Counted from the first letter of the stretch, positions 14,280 through 29,243 are shown. The stretch: 64,000 nucleotides of DNA from Eledone cirrhosa (GCA_964016885.1 OZ024761.1:27652001-27716000), one strand, 5' to 3'. Program-made: numbers and translations. The notes: generated by a model from the letters alone, not told the origin.

Positions 14280-15968
14280 CACCGTGTAACAAAAAAAAAA
14301 AAAATTTTCTGTTCCTGGCTTGTAATCACTTTTTTTTGTGATAAACAAAAAAAAAGTGCTATTAAACAGTTAAAAGTTTGGGTTTGTAAACATTCTAAGC
14401 TATTCACTATAATTATTTGTATGCTGGATTTTACGTTGTATGTAAGTTTAATTTGCTTATGTTAAATGATTTTTTTAATATGTTTTAGGTTAAATTCAAA
14501 TTATAAAATAACGAGTAATACCTAAAGAGAATTATAAAAGTGCAATAAAGTATAAAATTGTTAAAAAGTGGATTAAAGAGATTTATTGATACTGGATTTT
14601 CGCACCCTGAATAAAGGGTAAGTTGTGTTTTAAGCATTCGTCATCAGGATGAAGCAGTGGAACTTGTGCAGGTGACAAGTCAGAGAAGTCGACACGAACC
14701 TTTCTCAGGCTTTTACACCCTTAAGGATGGCCTCTGCTTCTGCCATGACGTGCCTGCACTGTTTGACGTTATTGGTGTGCCGTTTGTGCCTAAGGAGTGG
14801 CGGCTATTTATAGACAGCTCCACCACAAGTTTTGAAGGCTGTCCTCCTCCACGATGGAAACAAGGTCCCGACACTGCCCCTAGCTCATTCAGTCTGCCTG
14901 AAGGAAGATTACTACAGTGTGAAAGTCCTCTTGGAAGCTCTGCAATACAACCAGTACAATTGGGAAATCATTGGAGACTTCAAGATGGTGGCTTTCCTGC
15001 TTGGATTCCAAGGAAGCTTTATCAAATTGGGACAGCAGAGCCACCTCTGACCACTACAAAAGAAAGAACTGGGAGCAGCGAACAGAATTTGTAGTTGGGA
15101 CCCGGAACGTCATGTGGGAGCCACTGGTTGATCCCAGGATTGCGCTCATGCCACCACTGCACCTTATGTTGGGGTTGATGAAGCAGTTTGTGAAGGCTCT
15201 CAACCAAGAATCAGCCGCTTTTAAGTACCTTCTTGAGTTCTTCCTGAGGCCAAAATCAAAGGTGGAATTTTTGTTGGACCTCAGATAAAGAAGGAATTTG
15301 AGTCTACCGAGTTCTCCAATAAGCTCAATAGGATTGAGAGAACAGCATGGAACTGTTTCAAGGCAGTTGTTAAGGGCTTACTAGGCAACTACAGAGCTGA
15401 AAACTACCAGCAACTGGTGCAGGATCTGAGAAAGGCTTTTGGCGGCATGGGATGCAGGATGTCGCTTAAACTCCATATGCTGGACGCTCACCTGGAACAA
15501 TTCAAGGACAATATGGGCACCTACTCAGAAGAACAAGGCGAACGATTCCACCAAGATGTGAAAGAGATAGGGTGGAGGTACCAGAGCTACTACAATGAAA
15601 AATGATGGGGGACTATATCTGGGGGCTAGTGCGGGAATGCGACCTGGACTACAACCGCAAATCCAGGAAATCCAGTCATTTCTGACGTGTATAAGTTGCT
15701 TTATAAGTGTTATTTGTTTTTACTTGTTTGCTTTTCATAAGCTTGTGTAATAAAATAAATATATACTCTGTTGATTTAATTATATGAACTGATAAATTTA
15801 AAAAGAAATGTGTTTTTTCTTGCAAAATATGAAAATTTCGAAATATCAAACTCCTGACCACAAACCCAAATTCTGATTAAATAATAGTGTTTTTTTAAAT
15901 AATAATGGGATATGACAAACCAGGAAATGACACTTAGAACCGGGGAACAAAAAATATGTTACACAGTG
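14280..15968 (+). mobile_element. Internally deleted DNA transposon, CMC superfamily (Chapaev3-type), with pseudogenised DDE transposase
   Basis: Ends CACCGTGTAACA (14280) and TGTTACACAGTG (15968). TTA on both flanks (14277-14279, 15969-15971). Transposase fragments WRLFIDSS, KAVLLHDGNK, GDFKMVAFLLG, PPLHLMLGLMKQFVKAL, KLHMLDAH, SEEQGERFHQD. Confidence 0.85.
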
Positions 15969-16109
15969 TTATAGGGGAGGAGAAAGTCAAATAATTCGAT
16001 TGCAGTTCATTACTGGTACTTTATTTTGTCGACCTCGTAAAGATGAAAGTCAAACGATGTTGTTCGACGATCTATCGATACTACCAATCCATAACCACCT
16101 GTGAAATAA

Positions 16110-16330
16110 TTATTTTTACTTTAGGCACAAGGCCAGGAATTTGAATGGGGGGGGGGGGGGAGAGTCTATTAAATTAACGCCAGTGTATTACTGGTACTTT
16201 ATTTTATCGACCCCGTAAGGATGAAAGGTTAAAGTTAACCTCGCTGGATTTGAACTCAGATCATAAAGGACTGTAAGTCTATGCTGCAAAGGATAGTGTC
16301 TGACGCTCTACCGATTCTGCCAATCCACTG
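16110..16330 (-). mobile_element. SINE (same family; an older fragment lies at 15972-16100)
   Basis: Reverse complement of the SINE consensus, including the B-box (ggatttgaac). Confidence 0.85.
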
Positions 16331-16699
16331 TCCTCTAATCGTGAAATTAACTGTATTAAATTATGCCGATTACGATTTTACGAGTTTCTCTAAAAATTCT
16401 ATAATCTGTTGTTGATTACTGCCAAACGCTGTAACCAGATTAGACCAAGATGCTATGGAAGCATTAGTGCAAACAAACTTAACGGAATGAAGTATTAATG
16501 AAACTATGAAGCTGCTATTTCATTCTGTGACATGCTGTTTGCAGGTCCCTATACACACACACACACACACACATATATATATTGATATTGATATATATAT
16601 ATATATTTATATATATATACATATAAATATATATAGAAAGATTTGAATGGATACAGTTTAGTTGAAAGGAATTTATTGACAACACAACGGAAAATACTG

Positions 16700-16744
<45 letters not shown>

Positions 16745-16798
16745 ATATATATTTATATATTGATATTGATATATATATATATATTTATATATATATTG

Positions 16799-16833
<35 letters not shown>

Positions 16834-16987
16834 CTGATATTGATATATATATATATATATCAATATATATATATATATATATTGATATATATCAATATAT
16901 ATATATATATATATATATTGATATATATCAATATATATATATATTGATATATATCAATATATATATATTTATATATTGATATTGATA

Positions 16988-17046
<59 letters not shown>

Positions 17047-17347
17047 ATATATATCAATATATATATATATATATATATTGATATATATCAATATATATAT
17101 ATATATATATATATATTGATATATATCAATATATATATATATATATTTATATATTGATATTGATATATATGTATATACTAAAACCTTTTATAGTAATATA
17201 TATATTATACCCTAAATAGTGAAAGACAGTAATTTATTACTATCTTATTACCAATAAGATAAATAGCTCAATGTAACAACATCAGTTGTTTTACAGAGCA
17301 GTTATATAGAGATTACATGAAACAAAGTTCTGTTTAAATCATTTATC

Positions 17348-17394
17348 TGCTTACAATTGTTTCTTCCAAACCGAGGTTTGGAATCTTCGGAGCA
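17348..17394 (-). ncRNA. Minimal type I hammerhead ribozyme motif (U4C core variant)
   Basis: UGCU-CCGAAGA-UUCCAAAC(cucg)GUUUGGAA-GAAA-C(aauu)G-UA-AGCA: 4-bp stem I, perfect 8-bp stem II, palindromic stem III, GUA site. Confidence 0.75.
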
Positions 17395-17705
17395 ATTATT
17401 CAGTGATTTTTAACATACTTGACCTCCTTTTCAACACAAGAGACATATAGAAACATATGTATATATTGACCCACAGTGGGTTGACATCCATTATAATAAT
17501 ATAGCATGGTAATTTACATACAAAGATTACAGTCATATTAAAGGACAAAATAAAAATAAAAATAAAACATTGGCAGTCTACTAAGATAAAGCAAAAGGAA
17601 AGTTTGGAGTAGCCAGTGTATGCAACAGTCACACGTGTGGCATGCACGCGAGTCCTATTTATACGAGATTATAGTGCGGCAGATTGTTACAAGTAAAACA
17701 AGCAG

Positions 17706-17849
17706 TCAAAGCAGGCAATCAAGAGCATCATGGGGGTGAACTGGTTAAGCATTATTTACACAAATAATGTAAATAATGTGTAAATAATGTAAATAATGTG
17801 TAAACCTTAACCAGTTCATCCCCATGATGCTCTTGATTGCCTGCTTTGA
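17706..17849. repeat. Fold-back inverted repeat at the end of a PLE-like island (17180-17850)
   Basis: tcaaagcaggcaatcaagagcatcatgggggtgaactggttaag ... cttaaccagttcatccccatgatgctcttgattgcctgctttga, abutting (TA)n. Confidence 0.9.
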
Positions 17850-17968
17850 TATATATATATATATTGATATATTGATATATATATTGATATATATATATAT
17901 ATATATTGATATATTGATATATATATATTGATATATATATATATTGATATATTGATATATATATATTG

Positions 17969-18297
<329 letters not shown>

Positions 18298-18436
18298 TAT
18301 ATATATATATATTGCCATTCTGAGTTTAAATCCCGCCGAGGTTAACTTTGCCTTTCATCCTTACGGGGTCAATAAAATAAAGTACCAGTAATGTACTGAG
18401 TATTGCTGGCCTTGTGCCAATAGTAGAAACAATTAT

Positions 18437-18517
<81 letters not shown>

Positions 18518-18522
<5 letters not shown>

Positions 18523-18671
18523 AAAAAGAGATGAAATCGAAAATGCAACTGGAGTCTTATTTTTTTTTTTTAAATATCCAGTTGCATTTTCGATTTCATC
18601 TCTTTTTCTTTATACTTTCACTCGTGTAGGACACCTCGGTTATTTTTCATTTTGTAAAAAAAACCTCACTC

Positions 18672-18677
<6 letters not shown>
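18518..18677. repeat. Short fold-back island in (TA)n
   Basis: taaagaaaaagagatgaaatcgaaaatgcaactgga ... tccagttgcattttcgatttcatctctttttcttta, followed by a 60-bp unique extension. Confidence 0.85.
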
Positions 18678-18725
<48 letters not shown>

Positions 18726-18779
18726 ATATATATATATATAAATTGATATCTCTCTATATATATATATGTTGATATATAT

Positions 18780-18815
<36 letters not shown>

Positions 18816-19085
18816 ATATATATATTGATATATATATATATATATATATATATTGATATATATATATTGATATATATATATATATATATATATATTGATA
18901 TATATATATTGATATATATATATATATATATATATTGATTTATATATATATTGATTTATATATATATATATATATATATTGATATATATATATATATATT
19001 GATATATATATATATATATATATATTGATATATATATATATATATATATTGATATATATTGATATATATATATATATATATATAT

Positions 19086-19165
<80 letters not shown>

Positions 19166-19197
19166 ATTTATATATATATTGATATATATCTATATTG

Positions 19198-19277
<80 letters not shown>

Positions 19278-19769
19278 ATTTATATATATATTGATATATA
19301 TATAATGATATATATATATATATAAACCTACAGCTCGATTGATAGATAGATAGATAGACAGTTACAAAGCCAGAGAAGGAGGCGATGATGGAACTTTGAG
19401 AAATACCAAAAGGTGAATGAAGTGTAAATGTAAAGAGGGGTGGAGTGAAGTGAGGGGGCGGGGGTATAGCATCTCGAATGTTCTATTTAGTTGAAGATAA
19501 TTTAGTTAAATCTGAGAGAAATCAATACAAATTAATACTTGTTTCTACTTTAGGCACAAGGCCAACAATTACCCAGTGCATTACTGGTACTTTATTTTAT
19601 CGACCCCGTAAGGATGAAAGGCAAAGTCAACCTCGGCGGGATTTGAACTCAATACAAATTAATACTGAAAGGATGTTAGTGGAGTGTAAACATTCCATTT
19701 TAATGTGGTAGTTATATTGTTCTCATACAGTGGCGCACACCCCCACATATATATATATATACACGCACA

Positions 19770-19835
<66 letters not shown>

Positions 19836-19854
19836 CACGCACACAGACACACAT

Positions 19855-19885
<31 letters not shown>

Positions 19886-20389
19886 GATATTTAATACAAT
19901 AACAGAGATAGCTTAACGCTAAACTCCAACTGGTAACCATCTCACTCAACAAACATTAGGTTATATGTTAGTATAACCCAATTTAAGTGTTTGGGGTGCT
20001 AACTATATGTATTTATTTGTATATGTATAAATATATACATTCGTAGGCAGTGGATATAGGAAACCAGGTAGATTTATGGAAGTGGTACATTGTTCATTGA
20101 GGAGGGAGAGGAATTTAGAGTGTAGGAGAAAGTGTTAACAACTGTCTCTATTTTCTATATTCACCAATGTTAGACTGTAGAAACCAAACACTGGTACTGG
20201 ATTAGGTGATATCTCTACATTATCTGTATGGTTATACAGACTCATTAACTGCTTAATGAACACAACAACAAGGACATGATCCGAACATGGGAGAGCCGAA
20301 TTCCCACTGTTATCGCCTCCACCTTTCTCGTCCCCCCCGTCTCTCTGCATGGAGAGCAATTGGGGTTCCACGTGCTGGCCTTCCCACAG

Positions 20390-20596
20390 CCCCCGCGGAC
20401 AGAATGGAAAAGTCGTTTCTCCGGATGATGGATGGTAGGGGAGATGCTCTGGAAGAGCCATTCCAACTCGTGAGGCTCACATCTGCGGCTGGCCAGCTCA
20501 GCGCCTATGGTGGTGAGTAGAGAGGTATTCCTAGGGCCAAGGGTACCAGAAGTCCCCACTACCAATGGCACGACCGCAAACCTATAACATTTGTAT

Positions 20597-20600
<4 letters not shown>
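20390..20600 (-). mobile_element. C-terminal RLE-domain tail of a CRE-like non-LTR retrotransposon (decayed)
   Basis: YRFAVVPLVVGTSGTLGPRNTSLLTTIGAELASRRCEPHELEWLFQSIS fits the pattern F.P...ETSG..GP....L..IG..L......E..WLFQR.S. A related copy lies at 51560-51705. Confidence 0.6.
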
Positions 20601-20669
<69 letters not shown>

Positions 20670-21095
20670 CTCTATGCGTCGAACCATGGCGTCCGACCCT
20701 TCTACCGATACTGTAGTAATAATAATTGTTTCTACTTTTGGCACAAGGCCAGCAATTACTCCAGTGCATTACTGGTACTTTATTTTATCGACCCCGTAGG
20801 GATGAAAGGCAAAGTCAACCTCGGCGGGATTTGAACTCAGATTGTAAAGGGACGTAACTATGCTGGAAAGCATGGCGTCCGACCCTCTACCGATACTGCC
20901 AATCGACCGCCCCGTTACTGTAGTAATAATAATAATAATTGTTTCTACTTTTTGGCACAAGGCCAGCAATGACCCAGTGCATTACTGGTACTTTATTTCA
21001 TCGACCCCATGAGGATGAAAGGCAAAGTTAACCTTGGCGGCATTTGAACTCAATAATAATAATAATAATTGCTAGCCTTGTGCCTAATGTAAAAT
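20670..21095 (-). mobile_element. SINE cluster (2-3 head-to-tail copies)
   Basis: Repeated reverse-complement SINE consensus separated by (AAT)n. Confidence 0.88.
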
Positions 21096-21111
21096 TATTA
21101 TAATTATTACA

Positions 21112-21153
<42 letters not shown>

Positions 21154-21182
21154 AAAGAATAGAGGTGTAACACACAAGTTAT

Positions 21183-21566
21183 TATATATTGGTAAACGGA
21201 ATAGAAAATGCTGACAAATTGTTCACAGTTGAAAAATGGTTTAATTAGGAATAAAAGAGTATTAGTGATTGTATGGGTTAGTATTCAGATGTGGTTTTAA
21301 GTTTTTAAGTTTTTACCGGTTGCGCATTTCTAAATGCTTTTCAAAAATAATTTTGAGATAGAGTGTCCAGCAAACAGCACGGACACTCTATCTCAAAATT
21401 ATTTTTGAAAAGCATTTAGAAATGTGCAACCAGTAAAAACTTAAAAACTTAAAACCACAACTGAATACTAACCCATACAATCACTAATACTCTTTTATTC
21501 CTAATTAAACCATTTTTCAACTGTGAACAATTTGTCAGCATTTTCTATTCCGTTTACCAATATATA
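21183..21566. repeat. Long near-perfect fold-back (about 185-bp arms, 12-bp loop)
   Basis: Arms 21183-21368 and 21381-21566 with only a few mismatches. A single-arm relative lies at 28783-28918. Confidence 0.95.
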
Positions 21567-21595
21567 TATATATATATATGTAATAATTATAATAA

Positions 21596-22355
21596 TTTTA
21601 CTTTAGGCACAAGGCTAGCAATTTGCAGGGCAAGGAAATGTCGATTACATTGACCCCAGTGCATTACTGCTACTTTATTTTATCGACCCTGTAAGGATGA
21701 AAGGCAAAGCTAACCTAGGCGGGATTTGAACTCGGGCCGTAACTCTATGCGGCAAAGCATGGTGTCCGACGCTCCACCGACACTGCCTGATAGTAATACT
21801 GATACTGCCAATCCACCGACGGGGTTAATAATTGTTTCTACTTTTGGCACAAGGCCAGCAATTACTCCAGTGTATTACTGGTACTTTATTTTATCGACCC
21901 CGTAAGGATGAAAGGCAAAGTTAACCTCGGCGGGATTTGAACTGAGAATGGAAAGGGCCGTAACTCTATGCGTCAAAGCATGGCGTCCGACCCTTATACC
22001 GTTACTGTAATAATAATAATAATTGTTTCTACTTTAGGCACAAGGCCAGCAATTACTCCAGTGTATTACTGGTACTTTATTTTATCGACCCCGTAAGGAT
22101 GAAAGGCAAAGTTAACCTCGGCGGGATTTGAACTCAGACTGTAAAGGGACGTAACTATGCTGGAAAGCATGGCGTCCGACCCTATGTTAATAATTGTTTC
22201 TACTTTTGGCACAAGGCCAGCAATTGCCCAGTGTATTACTGGTACTTTATTTTATCGACCCCGTAAGGATGAAAGGCAAAGTCAACCTCGGCGGGATTTG
22301 AACTCAGGTCGTAAAGGGACGTGACTATGCCGGAAAGAATGGCGTCCGACCCGAT
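21596..22355 (-). mobile_element. Head-to-tail array of four SINE copies
   Basis: Copies start near 21596, 21830, 22022 and 22192, all in the same orientation. Confidence 0.92.
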
Positions 22356-22528
22356 GTTAATAATAACTACGAGTCACAATGATATACAGTTGGAAAATAG
22401 AAATATATATCCCTCTGAGAGACTGACAAAATATCAGAGATGCTACTTTGCCGTGAGTGAGAGAAAAAGTGAGTGAGTAAGAGAGCGAGAGAGTGACTAA
22501 ATGAGTGAGTGAGGGATTGAGTGAGTTG

Positions 22529-22559
<31 letters not shown>

Positions 22560-23026
22560 GGAGTGAGTGAGTGAGTGAATGAGAAAAAGAGAGAGTGAGT
22601 GACTAAATGAGTGAGAGAGTGAGTGAGTCGGAGAGAGAGAGTGTGACTAAGAGAGAGAGATAGAATGAGTCGGAGAGAGTGACTGAGTGATAGAGATAGA
22701 TAGATAGAGAGAGAGATAGATAACATTTACAATAACGTAATATTATAGGTAAATGTCATTATATCATGGATATACGGAATGATTGGGCAATATGTATTCC
22801 CGTGGTAAATACCAGCTTGTAATATAAAATGGCTGCTCACCTTTAACTACTTCATCATTGTTAGTTTTTTTTTATTAATTTTTTCTATTTTTTTTCTTTT
22901 TGAATTTTTCTTTTTTTTTTGTAATTTTTTTTGTAATTTTCTTTTTATTGCTTATTGGTAAAACTCTTCATAGTTGAAAACATGTAAATAACAAACTAGA
23001 AATAGATAAAAACAAATGAATGGATA

Positions 23027-23100
<74 letters not shown>

Positions 23101-23160
23101 ATGTGTGCATATATGTATCTCATATATAATATATAAAAATGTATGTATGTATATATATAC

Positions 23161-23246
<86 letters not shown>

Positions 23247-23281
23247 GTATATATGTATATATATATATATATGTATATATG

Positions 23282-23396
<115 letters not shown>

Positions 23397-23517
23397 ATTT
23401 ATATATATATAAATATATGTATATATATATATGTAAAGATATATATAAATATATATATGTATATATATGTATATATATATAAATATATATATGTATATAT
23501 ATATAAATATATATATG

Positions 23518-23578
<61 letters not shown>

Positions 23579-23659
23579 GTATGTATATATATGTATATAT
23601 ATATAAATATATATATGTATATATATATAAATATATATATGTATATATATATAAATATA

Positions 23660-23704
<45 letters not shown>

Positions 23705-23974
23705 CCCTCACTGGAAATGGGAAGCTACTTGGAAGTAAAACCAAACTCCAGAATGGGTTGAAAAAATCTGAAAGTAACAAAGAAAAGTATAAGAGACTAA
23801 CGTTATAGCAGTTTATTTTATAGATTTATAGTTGTGTATATTGTGTATATGTAGCTAGAATGGAGCGTTAGAAAGAAATAATAATTGTTTCTACTTTAGG
23901 CACAAGGCCAGATATTACCCAGTGGAAGAGTTGATTGGTCCGGAGCCAAATTTGGAGTCACAGCAGTCATTTTA

Positions 23975-26290
23975 TCAACCAGAAATATCCGAAACCTTTT
24001 TTTAGCTATCCCTCTACTGTTTTAATCCTTCCAACAATGTAGGTATATAATTTACCAACCAGAAATATCCGAAACCTTTTTTTTTTGAGCTATCCCTCTA
24101 CAGTTTTAATACTTCCAATAATGTAGGTATATAATTTATCAGCCAGAAATATCCGAAACCTTTTTTTAGCTATCCCTCTACTCTTTTGACCCTTCTAATA
24201 AAGTAGGTATATAATTTACCAACCAGAAATATCCGAAACCTTTTTTTGCTATCCCTTTACCGTTTTACTCCTTCCAATAATGTAGGTATATAATTTGTCA
24301 ACCATAAATATCCGAAACTTTTTTTTAGCTATTCCTCTACTGTTTTAATACTTCCAATAATGTAGGTATATAATTTGTCCAGCAGAAGTATCCGAAACCT
24401 TTTTTTAGCTACCTCTCTACTGTTGTGACTCTTCCAATAATGTAGGTATATAATTTGTCAACCAGATATATCCGAACCCTTTTTTCAGCTATCCCTCTAC
24501 TATTTTAATCGTTCCAAAAATGTAGGTATATAATTTGTCAACCAGAAATATCCGAAGCGTTTTTTTTAGCTATCCCTCTACTGTTTTAAGCCTTCCAATA
24601 ATTGTTTCTACTTTAGGCACAAGGCCAGCAAATACCCAGTACATTACTGGGACTTTATTTTATCAACCCCGTAAGGATGAAAGGCAAAGTTAACCTCGGC
24701 GGGATTTGAACTCAGACTGTATAGGGACGTAACTATGCTAGAAAGCATGGCGTCCAACCCTCTACCGATACTGCAAATTCAACGCCCTTCCAATAATGTA
24801 GGTATCCCTCTACTGTTTTAATCCTTCCAATAAAGTAGGTATATAATTTACCAACCAGAAATATCCGAAACCTTTTTTTAGCTATTCCTCTACTGTTTTG
24901 ACCCTTCCAATAAAGTAGGTATATCATTTACCAACCAGAAATATCCGAAACCTTTTTTTTTTAGCTATCCCTCTACTGTTTTAATCCTTCCAATAATGTA
25001 GGTATATAATTTACCAACCAGAAATATCCGAAACCTTTTTTTAGCTACCCCTCTACTGTTTTAATCCTTCCAATAATGTAGGTATATAATTTGTCAACCA
25101 GATATATCTGAAACCTTTTTTTAGCTATCCCTCTACTGTTTTGACCCTTCCAATAATGTAGGTATATAATCCGCTACAACAATCAGAAACCCGCCTTCAG
25201 TTCACATTCTGTACCGTCCTAAAGTTTCCAACAGTGTAGATGTATAGTTTGTCAACTGCAACTATTAGAAACCCTTCTTCGGCTCACACCTTCTACCATC
25301 CCAACCCTTCCAATACTGTAGATATATAAGGTATCAGCTGCAACTATTAGAAACCCTTCTTCGGCTCGCACCCTTTACCGCCCTAAACCTTCGAATATTG
25401 TAGGTATATAGTTTATCAGCCTGAAATATCAGAAACCTTTCTTCCGCTCATCTTTTATTACCTTAAGCCTTTTAATGTATGTATGGTGATCTAACTCTTA
25501 ACAGAATCGTAGGAGCACCGTATTGACATATGGTGTTTCTAGGTCATTTTATAACCTGGCGGAGCCATTCTGATCTCCAGACTGTAGGGATATACTTTAT
25601 CAGCTAGAAATATTAGAAACTCTTCTTTCACCCATCCTCTACCCTCGTGTACATTGTTTTACGTTATTCGTTTCGGTTCTCTGTTCTCTGAGTTCAAATC
25701 CCACAAATGTCAACATTGCCTTTCATCACTTCAAGGTCGATAAAAAAGCACCAGTTTAGTATTGGGGTCGATTATTCCTCTATATTTCTTTGTCTCTTTC
25801 TCACTTCTTCGCTCTCACTTTCAATTCTCCTCTTGAAAAAATCTGTTGTACTCAGGCCTAGAGAAGCCTTGGCTCTGCCAGGCTTTTAAATATCCCCGTA
25901 TGTCAATACGGTATGCCCAAGAAACACCGTATTTCAATACGCATTCCATTATATGTTACTGGACCATATTATACCATACATACCGTCTTAACCTTTCCAG
26001 TACTGTGCGTATATAGTTTATCAGCTATAATTATAATAAATCTTTCTTTAGTTAATACCCTCTACCATCTTAACCCTTTCAAAACTGTAGGTATATAATT
26101 TATTAGCTAGAAATATCAGAAGTCTTTCTTTAGCTCACACCCTCTACCATCTTAACCCTTCTGACACTGTAGGTATATAATTTATTAGCTAGAAATATCA
26201 GAAATATTTCTTTAGATCACCTTCTACCATTTAACCTTTCAAATGGGAATGGAAATAGTTTACGGGCCAGATATAGAAACCTTTCTTTAG
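23975..26290. repeat. About 85-bp satellite array, decaying rightwards and interrupted by SINEs
   Basis: Unit ccagaaatatccgaaacc(t)n-agctatccctctactgttttaatccttccaataatgtaggtatataattt. The SINE at about 24602-24786 is flanked by duplicated cttccaataat. Confidence 0.9.
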
Positions 26291-26826
26291 CTCTTTATGT
26301 ATCAATCACAGAGGGGGATCAAACTTGGAAGCGGGTGGTTGTAAAACAAACTTGGTAACCACAACATCTATAAATCATCCCCGGTACTTATAGTTCGGTA
26401 CATATTTTATAGACCTTGCAAAGATGAAAGGCAAAGTCAACCATATAATAAAATGAGCTCTTAAAACGGGCAGTAGATCGCAGATATTGATAGTGGTGGG
26501 GGAGAAAGAAGGAAAGAGAAGGAGTGGAGGGAAGAGAGATCAGAGTTAAACAGATATATTCACAACTTCACTTAGTTTGTATTTATCTCATCGATACCCA
26601 AGCAGTTGATTGACAGGTGAACTTCTTAACCGCAAAGACGTGGCTGTCTGTTTATGACCGTTTGATTACAGAAATAGTTATTAATGCTCGCTTAATTCCC
26701 ATGATGAGAGACACATATCAGAACACGCTGATTGAGCGAAACCTTATATATATGTGTGTATATATATATATATATATGTGTGTGTATATATATATGTGTG
26801 TGTATATATATGTGTATGTATGTGTG

Positions 26827-26869
<43 letters not shown>

Positions 26870-27342
26870 GTGTGTGTGTATATATATGTGTATGTATGTG
26901 TGTATATATATATGTGTGTGTGTGTGTGTTTATATATGTGTGTGTATATATATGTGTATGTATGTGTGTATATATATATATATGTATGAGTGTGAGTGTA
27001 TATATATTTATATGTGTGTGTGTGGGTTTATATATATATATATATATACTCCCGTATATAACACATGACGGTTAGTATCCATCATTAAATGTTCTAGATA
27101 ATTATTTTCTTTATATCTGAAATTTCTCTACAAGATCCGATTAAGACTGATTACAAATATAAATCTTCTCAGTACGAAGAAATATTAATCTTCTATAAAA
27201 TCTCTGTTTCTCTCTCTTTCAAACACATACATGAATATATGTGCACACATCTTAACATATATCCGAGTGTATATAAAATATACACATGCATACTTTCAGT
27301 CACATACAGACATATGTAAAAATACACACATACACATATATA

Positions 27343-27416
<74 letters not shown>

Positions 27417-27492
27417 CTGTGTGTATAAATATATATGTGTATATAAACATATATATATGTATATATATATATATGTATGTGTGTATATATAA

Positions 27493-27550
<58 letters not shown>

Positions 27551-27556
<6 letters not shown>

Positions 27557-27870
27557 CAGGAAAGAAGATTGACATGGTTTGCTATACAAAAAAGGTTTTT
27601 AATCTCATTGCTGACAATTGTTTCTCTGAACTGGTAGGTCTAGAGATCGCTATTCGCTTATTTTCTCGTTACTCGATCGCCAATACAAAATTATAACCAG
27701 TCAGTTCTCCGAAGAACTGACTGGTTATAATTTTGTATTGGCGATCGAGTAACGTGAAAACAAGGGAATAGCGATCTCCTGACCTACCAGTTCAGAGAAA
27801 CAATTGTCAGCAATGAGATTAAAAACCTTTTTTGTATAGCAAACCATGTCAATCTTCTTTCCTGATTTAT
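27551..27870. repeat. Long fold-back (about 158-bp arms) with apex at a hammerhead core
   Basis: ataaatcaggaaagaagattgac... and ...gtcaatcttctttcctgatttat, with the centre at about 27710. Confidence 0.95.
27705..27812 (+). ncRNA. Hammerhead-like motif with an 81-nt stem II insert (stem I damaged at the fold-back apex)
   Basis: uucu-CCGAAGA-aCUGACUGGU...ACCAGuUCAGa-GAAA-C(aauu)G-UC-AGCA. Confidence 0.6.
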
Positions 27871-28037
27871 TATTACTCCAAGTGTTTACAACATAGGAAT
27901 TACAGCATACTCGCAACATCACTACGAAAACGCCTTGTTGAGTCAAACCAAGCCAAGCGTTGATATCATCCACTACCCGGAATACCATAACTGAACTACA
28001 CCTAAGTGGACTGCATATAACTATTATTTGTTACCCC

Positions 28038-28071
<34 letters not shown>

Positions 28072-28111
28072 GTATATATATATATATATATATATATACG
28101 TATATATATAC

Positions 28112-28161
<50 letters not shown>

Positions 28162-28245
28162 GTATATATATATATATATATATATATACGTATATATATA
28201 TATATATATATATATATACGTATATATATATATATATATATATAC

Positions 28246-28293
<48 letters not shown>

Positions 28294-28347
28294 GTATATA
28301 TATATATATATATATATATACGTATATATATATATATATATATATAC

Positions 28348-28399
<52 letters not shown>

Positions 28400-28515
28400 G
28401 TATATATATATATATATATACGTATATATATATATATATATATACGTATATATATATATATATATACGTATATATATATATATATATATATACGTATATA
28501 TATATATATATATAC

Positions 28516-28559
<44 letters not shown>

Positions 28560-28587
28560 GTATATATATATATATATATATATATAC

Positions 28588-28743
<156 letters not shown>

Positions 28744-28912
28744 GTATATATATATATATACGTATATATATATATATATATATATTGGTAAACGGAAAAG
28801 AAAATGGTGACAAATTGTTCACAGTGAAAAATAGTTTAATTAGGAATAAGTGAGAATTAGTAATAGTATTGGTTAGTATTCAGTTTTGGTTTTAAGTTTT
28901 ATCGGTTGCGCA

Positions 28913-28979
<67 letters not shown>

Positions 28980-29243
28980 CCTGCTCTCTGTGGCAATAAA
29001 TCATTCCAACCTTGACTATCAACGCATCGCTTAAGGTGGTCGCTTTAAGAGTAACCAGTATAATAAAACCCCTACCACAACATTTTGATTAAGATATCTA
29101 CAAACCACTCTCTCCCATTTCTCCAACCCCTGCATATCTCCCTCTCTCTCTCTCCCTCTCCCCTTCTTTTTCCTCTTCCTTTTCTACTCTATCTTCCCCA
29201 AAACCTCACTTAAGGGTATTTATATTTTACATTTTAACCATTC

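Noticed and set aside
23975-25170. CRISPR-like array
   Set aside because: Whole about 85-bp units are repeated with no unique spacers, there are no cas genes, and the context is eukaryotic.
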